Assembly: GCA_009602735.1 (NCBI GenBank)
Contig: WELA01002573.1
Location: forward strand, 1 to 64,000
Length of the DNA stretch: 64,000 nt
Source of the DNA: Mesotaenium endlicherianum
Taxonomy: Eukaryota
Direction: 5' to 3'
Shown: positions 26,460 to 40,030 of the stretch, in pieces
Numbering within the stretch: position 1 is the stretch's first letter
Layout: the number at the start of each line of letters is the position of its first letter
Position numbers and translations under genes: made by a program
The notes under the pieces: generated by a model
The model's input: only the letters and a program-made list of their open reading frames with translations
Database searches by the model: none
Told to the model about the DNA's origin: nothing

Positions 26460-28623
26460 TGTTGCAGTGCTTATGTGGGTCAAGTGGGGTGCTAGTTTAC
26501 TACTTCCACTAGGGTAGCATGGCAAAGGGCAAACTGCAATCAACAGCTGCAAGTTTTGTTACTTTTAGATGGCAAAGGCTGCCGCATAAGGGCAGGAGAA
26601 GGGCAAGGCATGCAGGAGATGTAGATAAGGGTTAAGCATGCCAGTATGGTATTGCCCTCTTCCCTTTCTAAATCTAGCGTACTAGAGTATCATTTTGCTC
26701 TTTGATCTGATAAGGACTATATGAAAGATAGGACACTTTGTCCTCCCTAGTGGAATGTCTATTAGAGGACAGCCTTATGTCATGAGATTCAACGAGCTTT
26801 GAATCCAACTTACATTTAGAAGAAAGGTAAGCTCTTAGGGCAGGCAGCGGGCCATGAATGGAAAGCTCAAACAACACGAGCAAAAACAAGTTTATTGCGA
26901 CCAAAACGAGAGAGATGATTATGACCATATTTCTTATGATGTGTGTACAATTTGTGATTTGTGTAGCGGGTTTCATCACGTGAGCTTTGAGCATTTTATT
27001 GCAATTTCTTGCTGGTTGAAGAAGGGCTTTCGTACATGACTCAGTGCTTTTCAACGACTTGTAGACTTATGGGTGGGTTTGAGACATCCGCTGAGAAGCT
27101 TGTAAAAGGATGAGGTCATGATCCTTCTATGTGACTCTGAGATCATTGGATGATCTCGAACCACTCGAAACTTGGCCTCTTCTTCAAGGTTGTAACAGTA
27201 CACAAGTCAACTGCCAAAGGATGTCAAAAAAACACATCAATTAGCATAATACACTCTATCGTCAATGTCTTTACTAGACCACTCCAGCACAAGGCGTGAT
27301 GTTTTGAACTCCTCTTCACAATCGCCCTCGTTTGATGGCACCACAATTATTGTCACGTGTGTAGTTACTTGCAAACCAAAGTTGACAAGTATGAAAATTG
27401 TCAATTTTCGAACACGTTGCCGCTCTCGCTCGACACATCTAATTCCCTCTGAAGGCTTTCTCTTACACTAAGGCGCGTAGACAAGACATACAAGAAATCA
27501 ACATGTAGTTGAGAATGCCATTAATTGCTTTATATTTGGCAATGATTCAACAACCATTGCATACCACAGGGACGCAGGTAACAGGGTTGCGCACTTGCAA
27601 CCAATGGTAGAAAGAGGGGAGGGGAGTCAAGGAGGTCCCAGCGAATTGCCATCGCATGGAGAGCAGCTCAATCAGGTCGGTGGGGGCTAGCGTAGCAAGT
27701 AGACTGACAGCTATTGAGCTCGCTAGGGTACACACGAAGTCTTTGAGCAAATATAAGAGCGGGCAGACAGAGCTCAATAAAGCAGAAGCTGCTGAGCTCA
27801 GAGCAATTCAGCAAGCTGCTGCCGTACAAGTCGCAAAACTGCAAGAAGTTGTAAGAAAGCTAGCGCAAACCAAAATAGCCAGGGCTCACGAGGGCGAAAA
27901 AGCCAACCCATCCTCTCAATCTAAATCGATTATTTTGCCAAAAAAATTTTGCAAAATCGATTTTCTCGCAATTTGGCTTGCCACCAAATCGCGTTTTTCG
28001 CCATTTCCTTGTGAAGTCGTGAGGAATGGTGAGGAACATGCTTTCAAACCACTGAACCGGCACGTTTGCCTCGTGTAAGCGTCACAATTGCGAACGCTTC
28101 AACATTTAAAGCGAGCGAATGAAAGCCTGGGCTCTCACCCAAATCTGCCCAGATTCACCAAGTGGATTACACGTGCATCCAAATTTGGCCATCCTTTTGG
28201 CAACTTTCCCCACGAACGTCAAAATCGTTGATGTGGGCGCCTTCGGTCCGAATTAACCAGATCCTTGCGATCGAGCTCATCTAATTGGTTTCGTTCGTCG
28301 GTGCGTCGAGCGTGTGAATCTTTTGGTTCTGTAGACTTTCACACAAGAACGGACACGCACGTGCGAGCGACCGTCCACCATGCATGCGGGCGCCGGGAAA
28401 GGAGCACTCGGGTGCCTGTCTACACGAATAAAGTCGAGCATGTGTGCGTACCTTCATGCGGGTTTGCGTGCTGGCCAGCATGCATGTGTGCGTATGTGTA
28501 TATGCACACGCGTGCAAACGAACGGGCGATTGACGCGAACGTCATCAGGTGTCATCCATTATTCATGACGTAATATCCTCACAATTGTACATTTGACGTC
28601 ATTAAATGCTCCACATTTAGAAG

Positions 28624-28626
<3 letters not shown>

Positions 28627-28697
<71 letters not shown>

Positions 28698-28719
28698 NNN
28701 NNNNNNNNNNNNNNNNNNN

Positions 28720-28765
<46 letters not shown>
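28627..28765. repeat. (TC)n microsatellite (contains a small N gap)
   Basis: Direct reading. Confidence 0.95.
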
Positions 28766-28770
<5 letters not shown>

Positions 28771-31700
28771 GGGAGAAGGGTGCGGGGAGTGCGCCCATGC
28801 ACACTCACGCACCCTCACCCGCGAGTGGAAGCGTGCACGAGGACCTTTCCTAGTTGCATACACAAGGTGGAGTGGCCTGGTGGTATGCCACCCTTGCAAG
28901 AGTTAGAGGGCTACATGAGAGAGGAGTTGAAAAGCACTCACTTTATTAAGAAAAGTTGTGTACAAGATACGAAGGTTAGACTAGAATAGAATAAGCCCCC
29001 TCTACTTCCTTGTGCTTCCCATTTATCCTTTAACTCTAAGTGTCCTCTCTAGCAAAGTACCTCCAGAATCTTCTCCTATGGCTCCTTCCATGTAGGTGAC
29101 CTTGCCTAGTTGGACAAGCTAGCACACTCACACGCACACAATCACACTCTAGAATATTCTACTACACAAACCACTAACTCCTCACGGAGTTTTTAGAAAT
29201 TCCACGATCACTTTGGCACTCTACGTAATTGTACGTACTTTCTGGAACCCTCATGTTTCAATGTCCTACTTTCTGGACTCCAACCGAAATTTTCGTCACT
29301 GGACCTGTCCTTGTCACTAAATAGAATCTGTGACATTAAAAACTCACTAAAAACTTCCAAAATTCATAACTATCTCAATACTTGTCCAAATGACTTGAAA
29401 TAAAGGCCAAAGTTCTTCTAAAATCACACTCTATGCACATAAAATACTAGAAAGAAACAAACTACACTTTCATAACCTTACATCATCCCCCTCCTCAAGA
29501 TGCGACGTCCTCGGCGCATACTAAGCATAAGTGACGTCATATGAGGAATCGAGCTCACTTATACGCTAGAAAAACACATATTCACATATATTATACAAGT
29601 TGCAGGTCTTGAACAGGCTACAGGATGACACTTAATACTCCAAACTTGCTCCACTTAGTAAAAGCTCCATCGCCTACATTGGCTCCACACATGGCGTCTC
29701 CTAACACAAATGCATCTTCTCTTCAACTCCTTCGTCTTGGAGTAGGTCAATATCTTCATAAGGGCTGTGACATACTCCCTCCATCAACTCCACATACTCC
29801 AAAGCTGGATCCAAGGCGTAATAGTCCGCCAAATCGCCAAAATCCTCATTCTTCGCCCTCTTGAACAAGTGGCAACTCCTCGTCGCGCCATGTCGCTTAC
29901 TCGTGGTGCTCTTATAATTTTGACCAGAGTACATCATGAACCTGACTCCACTATGTTCCTGAACCTTCTGGTACCCTTAGCTACCTCTAGCTCTAAGCCA
30001 TACTCCTTGTAGAGGTATTGCACTCTCTCACTCGTGTGCGTGACTCGTGGTGACCTCTCAAGACGCCAAGTGGCACCCCCCTGACTTTTTTTGACATTTT
30101 TAGCCTGAAAGTTGTGTAATCTACATAGTGTCTCCCCTTTGAACTCACTGGTATGCTTTGTTTCTCCTGATTCCAAGCCTAAGACCATGATACCAGATTG
30201 CGCCTTGCCTCACACATGTGGCTCGCACGGCAGTCCAGCAGACCGCCATGTGGCATGTCAGGACTTAGATTAATATTTTAGGGTTTATTAGAAAAATTAC
30301 TTTTTCTGAATCTCAACCCATAGGACTACCTCTCCACAAAATTTCAGAGTCTGAATCAAAGTCTAACACTCAAACGAGATCGTCACTTTGTGCCTCACGC
30401 TCGTAGGACGCACACGCGCGCAACATGGATAAAGCTCCCGCGCCTACAAATGGCACATGCTTAAACCCCTGATTCTGAAACTTGACTATGACTCAAGGAA
30501 GGCCTCATACTAGGCCTCTCACATCATGTAGGACTTCTAGTGAAAATATTACCCACTCTCTCCTAAGTAGGCAAAAAGTAGCCAAAATCTGCCAACTTTA
30601 AACCTCGCGCTCGCCTACCCGTAAAACCCTCAAACATAGACAGATTTGAGTATCTTCCAAGCTCTTGCTCTCAAACTTCTTTCCACTTCACATCTCTTAG
30701 TTACAACTGAACTCATGGGACTGGTTTGACCTTGCTTACAAGCACTATAAACAACTATAACACTCCCCCCCCTCATCATGAAGGTAAGGCGCTTACCACT
30801 CGAGTGTCCAAGTCCAGATTTTACGCCTCTCTCGTGCTTGCTTGTATAGGCGCTGATTCTCCTAGCTTCATGTCCAGGTCTTTGTCATATATCTCCATCT
30901 TAGGCAGGACATATCAGCCCCATAACACTTGGTCTCCTCCTCATAGGTCCATATCCATAAAGTCGTAGTCTCCATCAAGCGACGATAGTAATCTTCACAA
31001 GGCATGAGCGCGTAGTCTCGCTCGTGGTGCACCAAACTCCATCATAGTCTTCTCCTTGGCTAGATGCTCACTCCCACATACCTCTGGCTCTTCTTGAAGG
31101 TCAGCCTTCACACAAGGCTCCAAGAAACACATCTGGAACGCCTCCAAGAGCTCCATAACTTGGGCATACGCACATACTCTTAGTGCTTGCACCTCATCTT
31201 GTGCACGCACACACGTCGTCTTGCAAGCGGGCTTCTCTTGAGCTCACTTTCTAGGAGCTCCTCCACTTGAGCAGTTGGGGTCTGCTCTATATATGAGCAA
31301 GGGGATCATACACCTCTACTTGCTCCACCGGCGATGTACATTCGCCAAGGTTGTTAGGAGGCACGCTTGCTCCGTGTGATGACCGGGCCAAGGTCACCAA
31401 AACAAGCGCTTCTCCTTCACCTTCACCTTCCCGCGTCGCTTCTTTGCTAGCGGGCTGAAGATAGCTACTTGTGGTCATATCTACCTCCACCTATTTCACT
31501 ATCCTCACTTGACCATACTCCTCCTCGGTCTTCACTTGACCCGTGCACTAAAGCACTAGAGGATAGGCTACTCTCTTTGTGCAACTCCTTCCACATGCTT
31601 AGCTTCTTGAGTGCACTCTAGCCTTGGTCACCCCAATGACACTTTTTACTACTAAACCCAGCTTGCCTTGGTGCTCTACTTTCACATGAAGAGCTTCCAT

Positions 31701-33452
31701 AGATGCACCAAAATCTGCCCCTTAACTATGCCATCACACAACTAATGGCACACACGCTTCAAGTGGGAGACATCTCTTGCACTAGCCCTCTTGCACCAAC
31801 TTCATACCTTGCTTCTTCTTCCACACCATAGGCTTGTCTTCATCATAGTTCTCAACTCCATATACTCCGTAGTACTCTCCTCCATAAGAAAAGAGAAATC
31901 TGAACTTGAAAGGCTCCATCTCCATCTCTCCTCTTTGAAGAAAAAATCTGCGTCACTTCTTTTTGCTCTAAGCCTTCTCCACGGCGCTTTTCTTCACTTG
32001 AGGCTTCATCAATCTCCATGAGAATGACCAAGCTCCATCATGGCTGCCCAACATATCCAGTGGCTATATAGGAGTGATGCAAGGCAACCCAAATCTGGCC
32101 ACATACTTGGCCAACTTGGTGCAACACACCGGTGCACCCTCTCTTGAGCTTCTCATGAGCTCCTCTTGAGCTTGCGAGTGCTATGCTCGCCAAAGCTCCT
32201 AGACTTGCAAGTACACATGCTTGCTAAGTCCCTGGTTGCCTACCCTTAAAATCTGCTCCACCTTCATTGAAGATCTGAAATAAAGATGGGCACACACTCC
32301 TTTCTAGCCACTATCACCTCTATGCTAAGCCCCCTCATCAAAGAAAGAGCTTAACACTAAAGCTTGCATCTTCAAGGAAAAATCCAGCCGTGTGAACTCC
32401 AGAATTTCTTCATGCTCATATGTCTCCATACTCAAGCAAAGGCTGCTCTATATTACTTATATCACTACCATGCTTGGGCAACCCTTTCATACTACAAGGA
32501 AGATGTACAAAAATCTGGTTGCATCCAAGTTAACACTTCTTGGAGCACCTCCCTCTTCCCATCTTCTCCCTCTTTCAAGAGAGTGAGATGCTAGCTTGCA
32601 TCATGTCTTCATGGCTGCCCGTAGCAACTTATAAGTCATGTTTGCTTCTCCTCTATACTCTCTCTACACTCCTACAAGCATCACCAACCAAAGCTCCCTC
32701 CTCCAAATGAAGCAACTAGGTAGCTCCGATACCATGTGAAAGGGGGAAGGGTGCGGGGAGTGCGCCCATACACACTCACGCACCCTCACCCGCGAGTGGA
32801 AGCGTGCACGAGGACCTTTCCTAGTTGCATACACAAGGTGGAGTGGCCTGGTGGTATGCCACCCTTGCAAGAGTTAGAGGGCTACATGAGAGAGGAGTGG
32901 AAAAGAACTCACTTTATTAAGAAAAGTCGTGTACAAGATACGAAGGTTAGACTAGAATAGAATAAGCCCCCTCTACTTCCTTGTGCTTCCCATTTATCCT
33001 TTAACTCTAAGTGTCCTCTCTAGCAAAGTACCTCCAGAACCTTCTCCTATGGCTCCTTCCATGTAGGTGACCTTGCCTAGTTGGACAAGCTAGCACACTC
33101 ACACGCACACAATCACACTCTAGAATATTCTACTACACAAACCACTAACTCCTCACGGAGTTTCTAGAAATTCCACGATCACTTTGGCACTCTACGTAAT
33201 TGTACGTACTTTCTGGAACCCTCATGTTTCAATGTCCTACTTTCTGGACTCCAACTGAAATTTTCGTCACTGGACCTATCCTTGTCACTAAATAGAATCT
33301 GTGACATTAAAAACTCACTAAAAACTTCCAAAATTCATAACCACCTCAATACTTGTCCAAATGACGTGAATAAAAGCCAAAGTTCTTCTAAAATCACACT
33401 CTATGCACATAAAATACTAGAAAGAAACAAACTACACTTTCATAACCTTACA
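28766..33452 (-). mobile_element. Element A: non-autonomous Ty3/Gypsy derivative with two near-identical ~717-bp LTRs and a decayed 3.2-kb interior
   Basis: Direct repeats at 28766-29482 and 32737-33452. Minus-strand PBS TGGTATCGGAGC (initiator-Met type) at 32734-32723 and PPT GAGGAGGGGGA near 29496-29486. Interior ORF 31287-31490 (EVDMTTSS..VLVTLARSSHGASVPPNNLGECTSPVEQ) matches element B pol ([36 protein letters not shown]). Confidence 0.9.
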
Positions 33453-33454
33453 CA

Positions 33455-33456
<2 letters not shown>

Positions 33457-33490
<34 letters not shown>

Positions 33491-33491
33491 N

Positions 33492-33562
<71 letters not shown>
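33457..33562. repeat. (TC)n microsatellite flanking the right end of element A
   Basis: Direct reading. Confidence 0.95.
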
Positions 33563-33567
<5 letters not shown>

Positions 33568-33614
33568 TTTGCTCTTTCTATCTCTCTGGGGTTCTCTCCT
33601 TCCTCTCTCTCTCT

Positions 33615-34159
33615 AAACTAACTTGCTGACACATTCTTTAACAACCTGGTGATTGCCTCAAGAATGCATCGATGGTGATTGGTTAGATAAATGTGCAAAT
33701 GACGCCTTAGGCAAATGGCGAATCGAGATAATAGGAGATGGTTGTGCATTGGGCTCACCAAGGTATTTTTTACGTTGTTATTTACCTCATAGACGGTGCC
33801 ACCCGATCTACGGAGCCATGGCATTGCCATTGAATAGTAAATTCATTCCATGTACATACGTTATATTTGCTTTCGAGATTAGCATTTGAGAACAAGGCCA
33901 ACTCTATGCAAAATCTAGTGATAAAAAATATGAAATTAAGCGTGCAAGTTGATACACAAACAGTATTTACCGCACTTATAAGATTGCTAATTGATTATTG
34001 CTGTTTCACTTACATTCGACTTATTGAATATACTTGCTCATATTGTATTGTTCTTCTGCTGTTAAATGAGTTAACCAAAACACCATAATGATTACTTGCT
34101 AATATAGAAAGATCTTCATTAAAATGTCAATTGCCTTCTGGTACGTTGATTTATTTTCA
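33615..34159 (+). mobile_element. Old, diverged, 5'-truncated LTR of family D
   Basis: Shares CTTGCTGACACATTCTTT, TTGAATAGTAAA.TCATTCCATGTACATA, GATTACTTGCT.ATATA and a terminal TTTCA with the LTR at 61488-62170. Confidence 0.8.
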
Positions 34160-34722
34160 AGACTCTTACTCTGGTTGCATTGCCTCCTCAGCTTGACGTA
34201 CCTGCTTGAACTTTGGTTGACTTGCCACACTTAGCCTGCCTCACTTGCTAACAATCCAAGCATACATCACAAAATGAGTTTACTATACAACTACAATGTG
34301 ATTACACCACATACTGATTATTTAACCATATTGGGACTTGGTCGGACTTCGGCTAACCAAATTCTCAACCAATTTCTATCAAGTCAAGTTGCCACCTGCC
34401 TGAGACATAATTTTAACAACTTCATGCTACATTGAACGTAAGTTAAGAGACTCAACTTCATTCAAAATGATAGCCAACTAAATAATCACGTTAGGAGTCT
34501 TGTCATGCCCGCTCTTGTCGAGTCCCTTTTGGTGTCTAGTGGTTTTCACTGAGGGTGGAGGGTTAATGACAGGTTCTAGTGGTTAGTCGGGTTAGGGTGG
34601 TAGGTGAGGATGTTCTAGTTCATGTGCAATAGTGGTGAACACTGGGACCCATGATCTGCTCACGAGGTTCTGCTGTTGAGCAGCTGTGAGGCTCCTCCCA
34701 GATCACGCGCTTTAATCTTTAT

Positions 34723-37700
34723 TGTAGGGTCATAGGTTTATAAAGTGCATTTTTGAGTTTCATAAAAATATGTATTGATTGTATAGTAGTTTGTGGTCAT
34801 TTTGATATGAAGTTCATCAAATTTGGTCAAGTATTGAGAGAGTTATGGATTTCCAAAGTTTAATTAGTTTTGAGGTCGGTTGACGACTGTCCTTAATTCG
34901 CGGTGAGCGCAACCGTTGGATTGACCGACAGCGTCGAGCGATCTGGCCCGTTGGAATGAACTCGAACCTTCACGGAAGTTTGGGTGACACGGAGTGCCGA
35001 CTAGGTCGATTTACCTAGAAGTTTCGGTTTAGCCTAGCGCGTCTAAGATAGAATATTCTAGTAATGTCGATGCATGTATGTGGACGTCAATTCGGCCCGA
35101 CACGTCAGATTAGACTAATCTGGCTTACTCACGAATATTCTGGAAGGGACAATTTGACGAACACTTAGGAAAATTCGTAGCTTCCTCCTAGGGAGGAGCA
35201 CTTAGGCAGAAAATTATATATAGGCATAACTTCTCTGTTTCTTATCGATTTTCATTTCTGTAAATTTCTACAGGTTTGTAATGACAAGGCCTTTCATCCT
35301 ACATCATTTGTGAGCAGTTTCTTGCCACTCAAAATGTCAAGTAATTTTCCTAAGCTTTGTTAGCAATATGCCGCTGCACTCTTGAATATGATTGCAACTA
35401 GCTTTGTTCCTCGTGAGTCACTACGCTTCCATTAGGGCACTCTGCCCCTTTCATCTGGTATTGGAGCTGGGCTAGTTTGCATGTTATATTATGGAGTCGC
35501 AGCCGGCAGCTGGAGGAGGCGAACATGTCGAGCATGTTGAGCGCGCGGGGCAGCAAGCAGCACCAACAATGACCAGAGAGCAACAAGAAATGCAGGCGAT
35601 GCTAAGGCAAATGGCAACTGCAATTGGAGGAGAAGTTTACACCCAGTTTCAACAAAATATGCGCGCGGAGGTAAAGAGTGCTTTGTTATTGTTGAAAATG
35701 CGCTTTGACGAGTTCGGTACCTGCAATCTGGTGTACCACCAATCCATGTCCAATCAAAGATGCAACAAGTTATTCTACCCGCATCGGGAGTGCGTGCGCT
35801 TAAGCCTGAAGTGTATACTGGAGAGCGTGGATCACCGCCTGTTCATCAATGAATTTTTGGAGTGAAGAAGTTTATGGAGTATTCTGCGCTCACGCCCGAC
35901 AGGCAAGTCGCCTTTGTCATAACTTTGCTGCAGAAGAGTGCTGGAGCTTGGTATGAGCAACAGGAGCAGCTATTTGGAGTTCCTGCTACTGTTGATCAGC
36001 TATTTGAAGGCTTGAAGAGGCATTTCAACCTATTGCACCCGAGGCTACCGCTCGAGATCTATTGGTGCGCCTTCGTCAACGAGGAAGCGTTCAAGAGTAT
36101 GTATCGCGCTTCAACAAGCTGGTGCTTCAATGTCCATCCATGCACGAGTCGAAGATGATGGACAATTTGAAGAGGGGACTCAAGCCAACTGTGGCCAAGG
36201 AAGTGGCGCTCAAGGACCCTACCAGTCTTGGAGAAATGATGGCATTGGCAACAAGGGTCGACGCTGTGGAGTATAGTCAGAGGCAGTAGGGCAGCCACAA
36301 CTTTGGAGGATATTGACACTCTGGATGTCAAGCGCCAAGCACGAGTGCACAAGGTCCAGTACTTATGGAGTTGGGCCTAGTCCAGAACCAGCGCAGGCAA
36401 CAGAATTACAAGCCGAGAGGACCTTGCTATAATTGTCGCAAGCTTGGACATCTGGCTCGAGACTGTCATGTGAAGGCGAAGCAACCTCAACAGCAGGAAA
36501 AAGGAGGACGCCAGTAAGTCGTTCTGGGGTGTCTACTGGCGTGAAGACAAGAACTCACAAGGAGGTTATCCCCAGGAGCCTTCCAAGAAGCGAAAGACAA
36601 GAAGTTGACAAGCCTATCATCGTGGAAGGAGTGGTCGACGGCAACAAGGCGAAGTGTATGGTTGACAGTGGCGCAAGTGCAAACTTTGTGCACAAGAAGC
36701 TGGTGAAAGAGTGGCGAATCCCTGTGCAAAATTATGAGCCCAAGGAGGCAATTTTGGCAAATGGGCAGAGACTCAAGTGTGGTGCACCTACGGAAGCTAT
36801 TCACGTAGAAGTAGCGGGGCACCAGAGTAAGGAAGTTATGGAGCAGGCAGAGTTGGGTCACCATGAGGTGATATTGGGCCGACCATGGCTGAGGAAAGCC
36901 AACCCTCAAGTGCACTGGAGCACAGGACAAGTGAAGGTCCAAGGGCGTGATGGTCGAATGGAGACAGCAAAACAGGTGGAGGTAGACACGACCACAAGTA
37001 ACTGTCTTCTATCGAGCCTGCAAGTTAAGAAGCTATGCAGGGCAAATCAGGTGAAGGAGATGTACCTTGTTTTGGTAGCCCTGGCGAGGTCATCAGATGG
37101 AGCAAGCGTGAATCCTAACCACCTGGGCGAATGTACATCGCCAGAGGAGCAAGTAGTGGTGTCTGATCCCCTTGCTCAGAAGGAGCAGAGCCCAATCGCT
37201 CAAGAGAAGAAGCCTGCAGAGATGCCTGCCCAAATTAAGGCGCTGTTGGAGGAGTTCAAGTGCGTATTTCCTGAGAAGCTACCTGTAGGATTACCTCCAC
37301 AGAGAGCTATGGAGCACAAGATTGAGTTGGAACCAGGGAGCAAGCCACCAGTGAGACCCGCCTATCGTCAATCGTTTGCGGAGTTGGATGAGTTGAAGAA
37401 GCAGCTGACAGAGCTTCTGGAGAAGGGATTCATCCGACCCAGCGAGTCTCCATTTGCAGCGCCAGTCTTATTTGTGAAGAAGAAGGATGGGACTATGAGG
37501 ATGTGTGTCGACTACCGAGCTCTCAACAAGGTCACCATCAAGAACAGGTACCCACTTCCACGAGTGGACGAGTTAATTGACAGGCTTGTCGGGGCAAAGT
37601 ATTTCTCGAAGATCGATTTGAGGAGTGGCTATCACGAGGTACAAATTGCGGAAGGAGACGTTTAGAAGACTGCTTTTAGGACTCGCTATGGTTTATTAGA

Positions 37701-40030
37701 GTTCACAGTCATGCCTTTTGGGCTGACTAATGCACCTGCTACATTCATGGGACTCATGAATAGTATCTTCAGACCCTATCTAGACCAGTTTGTGGTGGTA
37801 TTTTTGGACGACATCCTGATTTATTTAAAGACCTTGGAAGAGCATGTGGAGCATCTGAGGAAGGTGTCGGAAGTCTTGAGAGATTAGAAGCTATATGGGA
37901 AGATGAGCAAGTGCGACTTCCGTCTCAAGGAGGTTGAGTTTTTTGGGCACATAGTGGGAGCTGAAGGAGTCAAGGTGGAGCAAAAGAAGGTGCAAGCAGT
38001 CAGAGATTGGCCGATACTTTCTGATATTCATCAACTCAGGAGTTTCCTCGGCATGGCAAATTATTATCGATGTTTCATTGAAGGATTTGCCAAGGTGTGT
38101 GCACCGCTCACGGACATGTTGAAGAAGCGGGAGAAGTGGCTATGGGGTGACAAAGAGCAGCAAGCTTTTGAGAAGATTAAGGAGCTGTTAACACAGGCAC
38201 CTGTGTTGGCAATTGCCAATCCAGAGCTTCCTTTCACCATCATCACGGACGCATCAAATTTTGCAGTGGGAGCCATTTTTCTCCAGGACCAAGGCAAAGG
38301 ATTGCAGCCTGTGGCATATAAGAGCAAGAAATTGAGTCCTGCTGAGCAAAACTATGCAGCACATGAGCGGGAGATGTTGGCTTTTATCCAGGCTTTGAGG
38401 ATTCGGCAATGTTATGTGGACGGCCGGAAGGTGTTCGTCAAGACCAACCACAAGAGCTTGGAGAAGTTTATGACGCAGCCAACATTGACACCAAGACAGG
38501 TAAGGTGGATGAAGTTTCTGCAACAATTTGACCACAAGATTGAGTACTTACCTGGGAAGATCAACCATACAGACGTTTTATCCAGGAGATGTGACCTTGC
38601 AGCTGTCTCAGTCATCAAGAAGAGTATGGACTTCAAGGAGAAGCTTCAGAGAGGTTATGAGGAGGACCCAGAGTTTGTTGATCGTGGAGCAGCTGAGTCC
38701 AACTCGAGTATGCAAAAGAAGGACGGCATATGGTATTATGGTGATTCCAAGAGAGTGGTGGTACCTGACATCAAGGAGCTACGAGACTTACTACTTGCGG
38801 AGCATCATGATTGCTTATATGCTGGACACTTTGGAAGCGAGAAGACGGCAAGCGTGCTGAAGCGAGAGTACTATTGGAGAAATATGGACAACGACATCGA
38901 GGAGTGGATCAGGAGTTGCGATGCGTGCCAGCGTAACAAGACACCAATCAAAAGAAGGGAGGTATCTTGCAACCCTTGCCTATTCCAGAGTATCCTTGGG
39001 AGCAGATTGCTATAAACTTCATCACGTCGTTACCAGTTAGTGGTCAAGGGCACGATGCAGTTTGGGTTGTATCTGATAGACTCAGCACAATGGCTCACTT
39101 CATTCCCATGAAGGAGACTTCTACGGCAGCGGATGTGGCACGGCTATTCTTTGATCATATGTTCAGGCTACATGGGTTGCCGAAGGTGATTGTTTCAGAT
39201 CGGGATCCAAGGCTTACTAGCAATTTTTGGCGGTCATTGTTTACTTTGATGGGGACCAAGTTGAGTATGAGCACTTCCTATCATCCTCAGACAGACGGGC
39301 AGAGTGAGAGGCTCAACAGAACACTGCAAGAGGTGCTCAGGAGTTTCACTATGGAGGACCCTTCAGAGTGGGATACGAAGCTACCAGGATTGGAGTTTGC
39401 TTACAACAACAGCACGCAGGGATCGACCAAGCAGTCACCATTCACTATGGTTTATGGGAGAGAAATATATCATCCAGGGAACATCTTGTTGGAGAAGGCC
39501 AAGGAGACTCAGGTTCCTACTACACAAGCTTTTATGAAGCAGATGGCCAAGACTTAGGATATGGCGAAGACGTGTATTCGGAAGGCACAGGAGGAACAGG
39601 TCAAGTATGCCAACAAGCACAAGAGGGAAGTGACATACCATGTGGGTGACAAAGTACTCTTGTCAACAGAGAACCTACCTTTCACGGGCAAGAGGAATCG
39701 CGGGCACGATTTACAGGTCCCTTTGTGGTGCTCAAGCAGGTGAATCCAGTGACCTACATGTTGGAACTTTCTTCAGGCTGGCGTATCCATGATGTGTTCC
39801 ATGAGTTGTTTGCGGCCATACGTTGACCCGAATGAAGGACATCCAGGACAACTACCTAGACCGCCACCACCGGTCGAGATCGATGATGTATTGAAGTATG
39901 AAGTGGAGGCGATTGTCGGCGATCGACGAGTCCAGCGAGATCAACGACTTGTTCAACAGTATCTGGTCAAGTGGAAAGGCTACCATGCGGACGACAACAC
40001 TTGGGAGTCGGAGGCCAACTTGACTCATTG
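34723..40030 (+). mobile_element. Element B: decayed Ty3/Gypsy chromovirus (5' LTR, PBS, gag, pol), cut at the chromodomain by element C
   Basis: LTR TG..CA at 34723-35453, related to LTR A; PBS TGGTATTGGAGC at 35456; gag with [14 protein letters not shown]; protease [25 protein letters not shown]; RNase H TDASNFAVGA; integrase HHD..GH..CDACQ, VSDRDPR, TDGQSERLN; chromodomain [23 protein letters not shown]. Multiple stops and frameshifts. Confidence 0.92.
35491..40030 (+). pseudogene. Element B gag-pol (PR-RT-RH-INT-chromo), disrupted
   Basis: ORF pieces 35491-36517, 36433-37665, 37903-39015, 38967-39557 and 39789-40030 carry the domains in Ty3/Gypsy order. Confidence 0.9.

Noticed and set aside
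26850..27300. KDZ-type transposase remnant
   Set aside because: Only vague resemblance across many stops; no defensible motif.
34501..34722. Start of a further LTR (TGTCATGCCC) or interstitial telomere (GGGTTAGGG)
   Set aside because: No second copy or matching end in the window, and only a single telomere-like unit.
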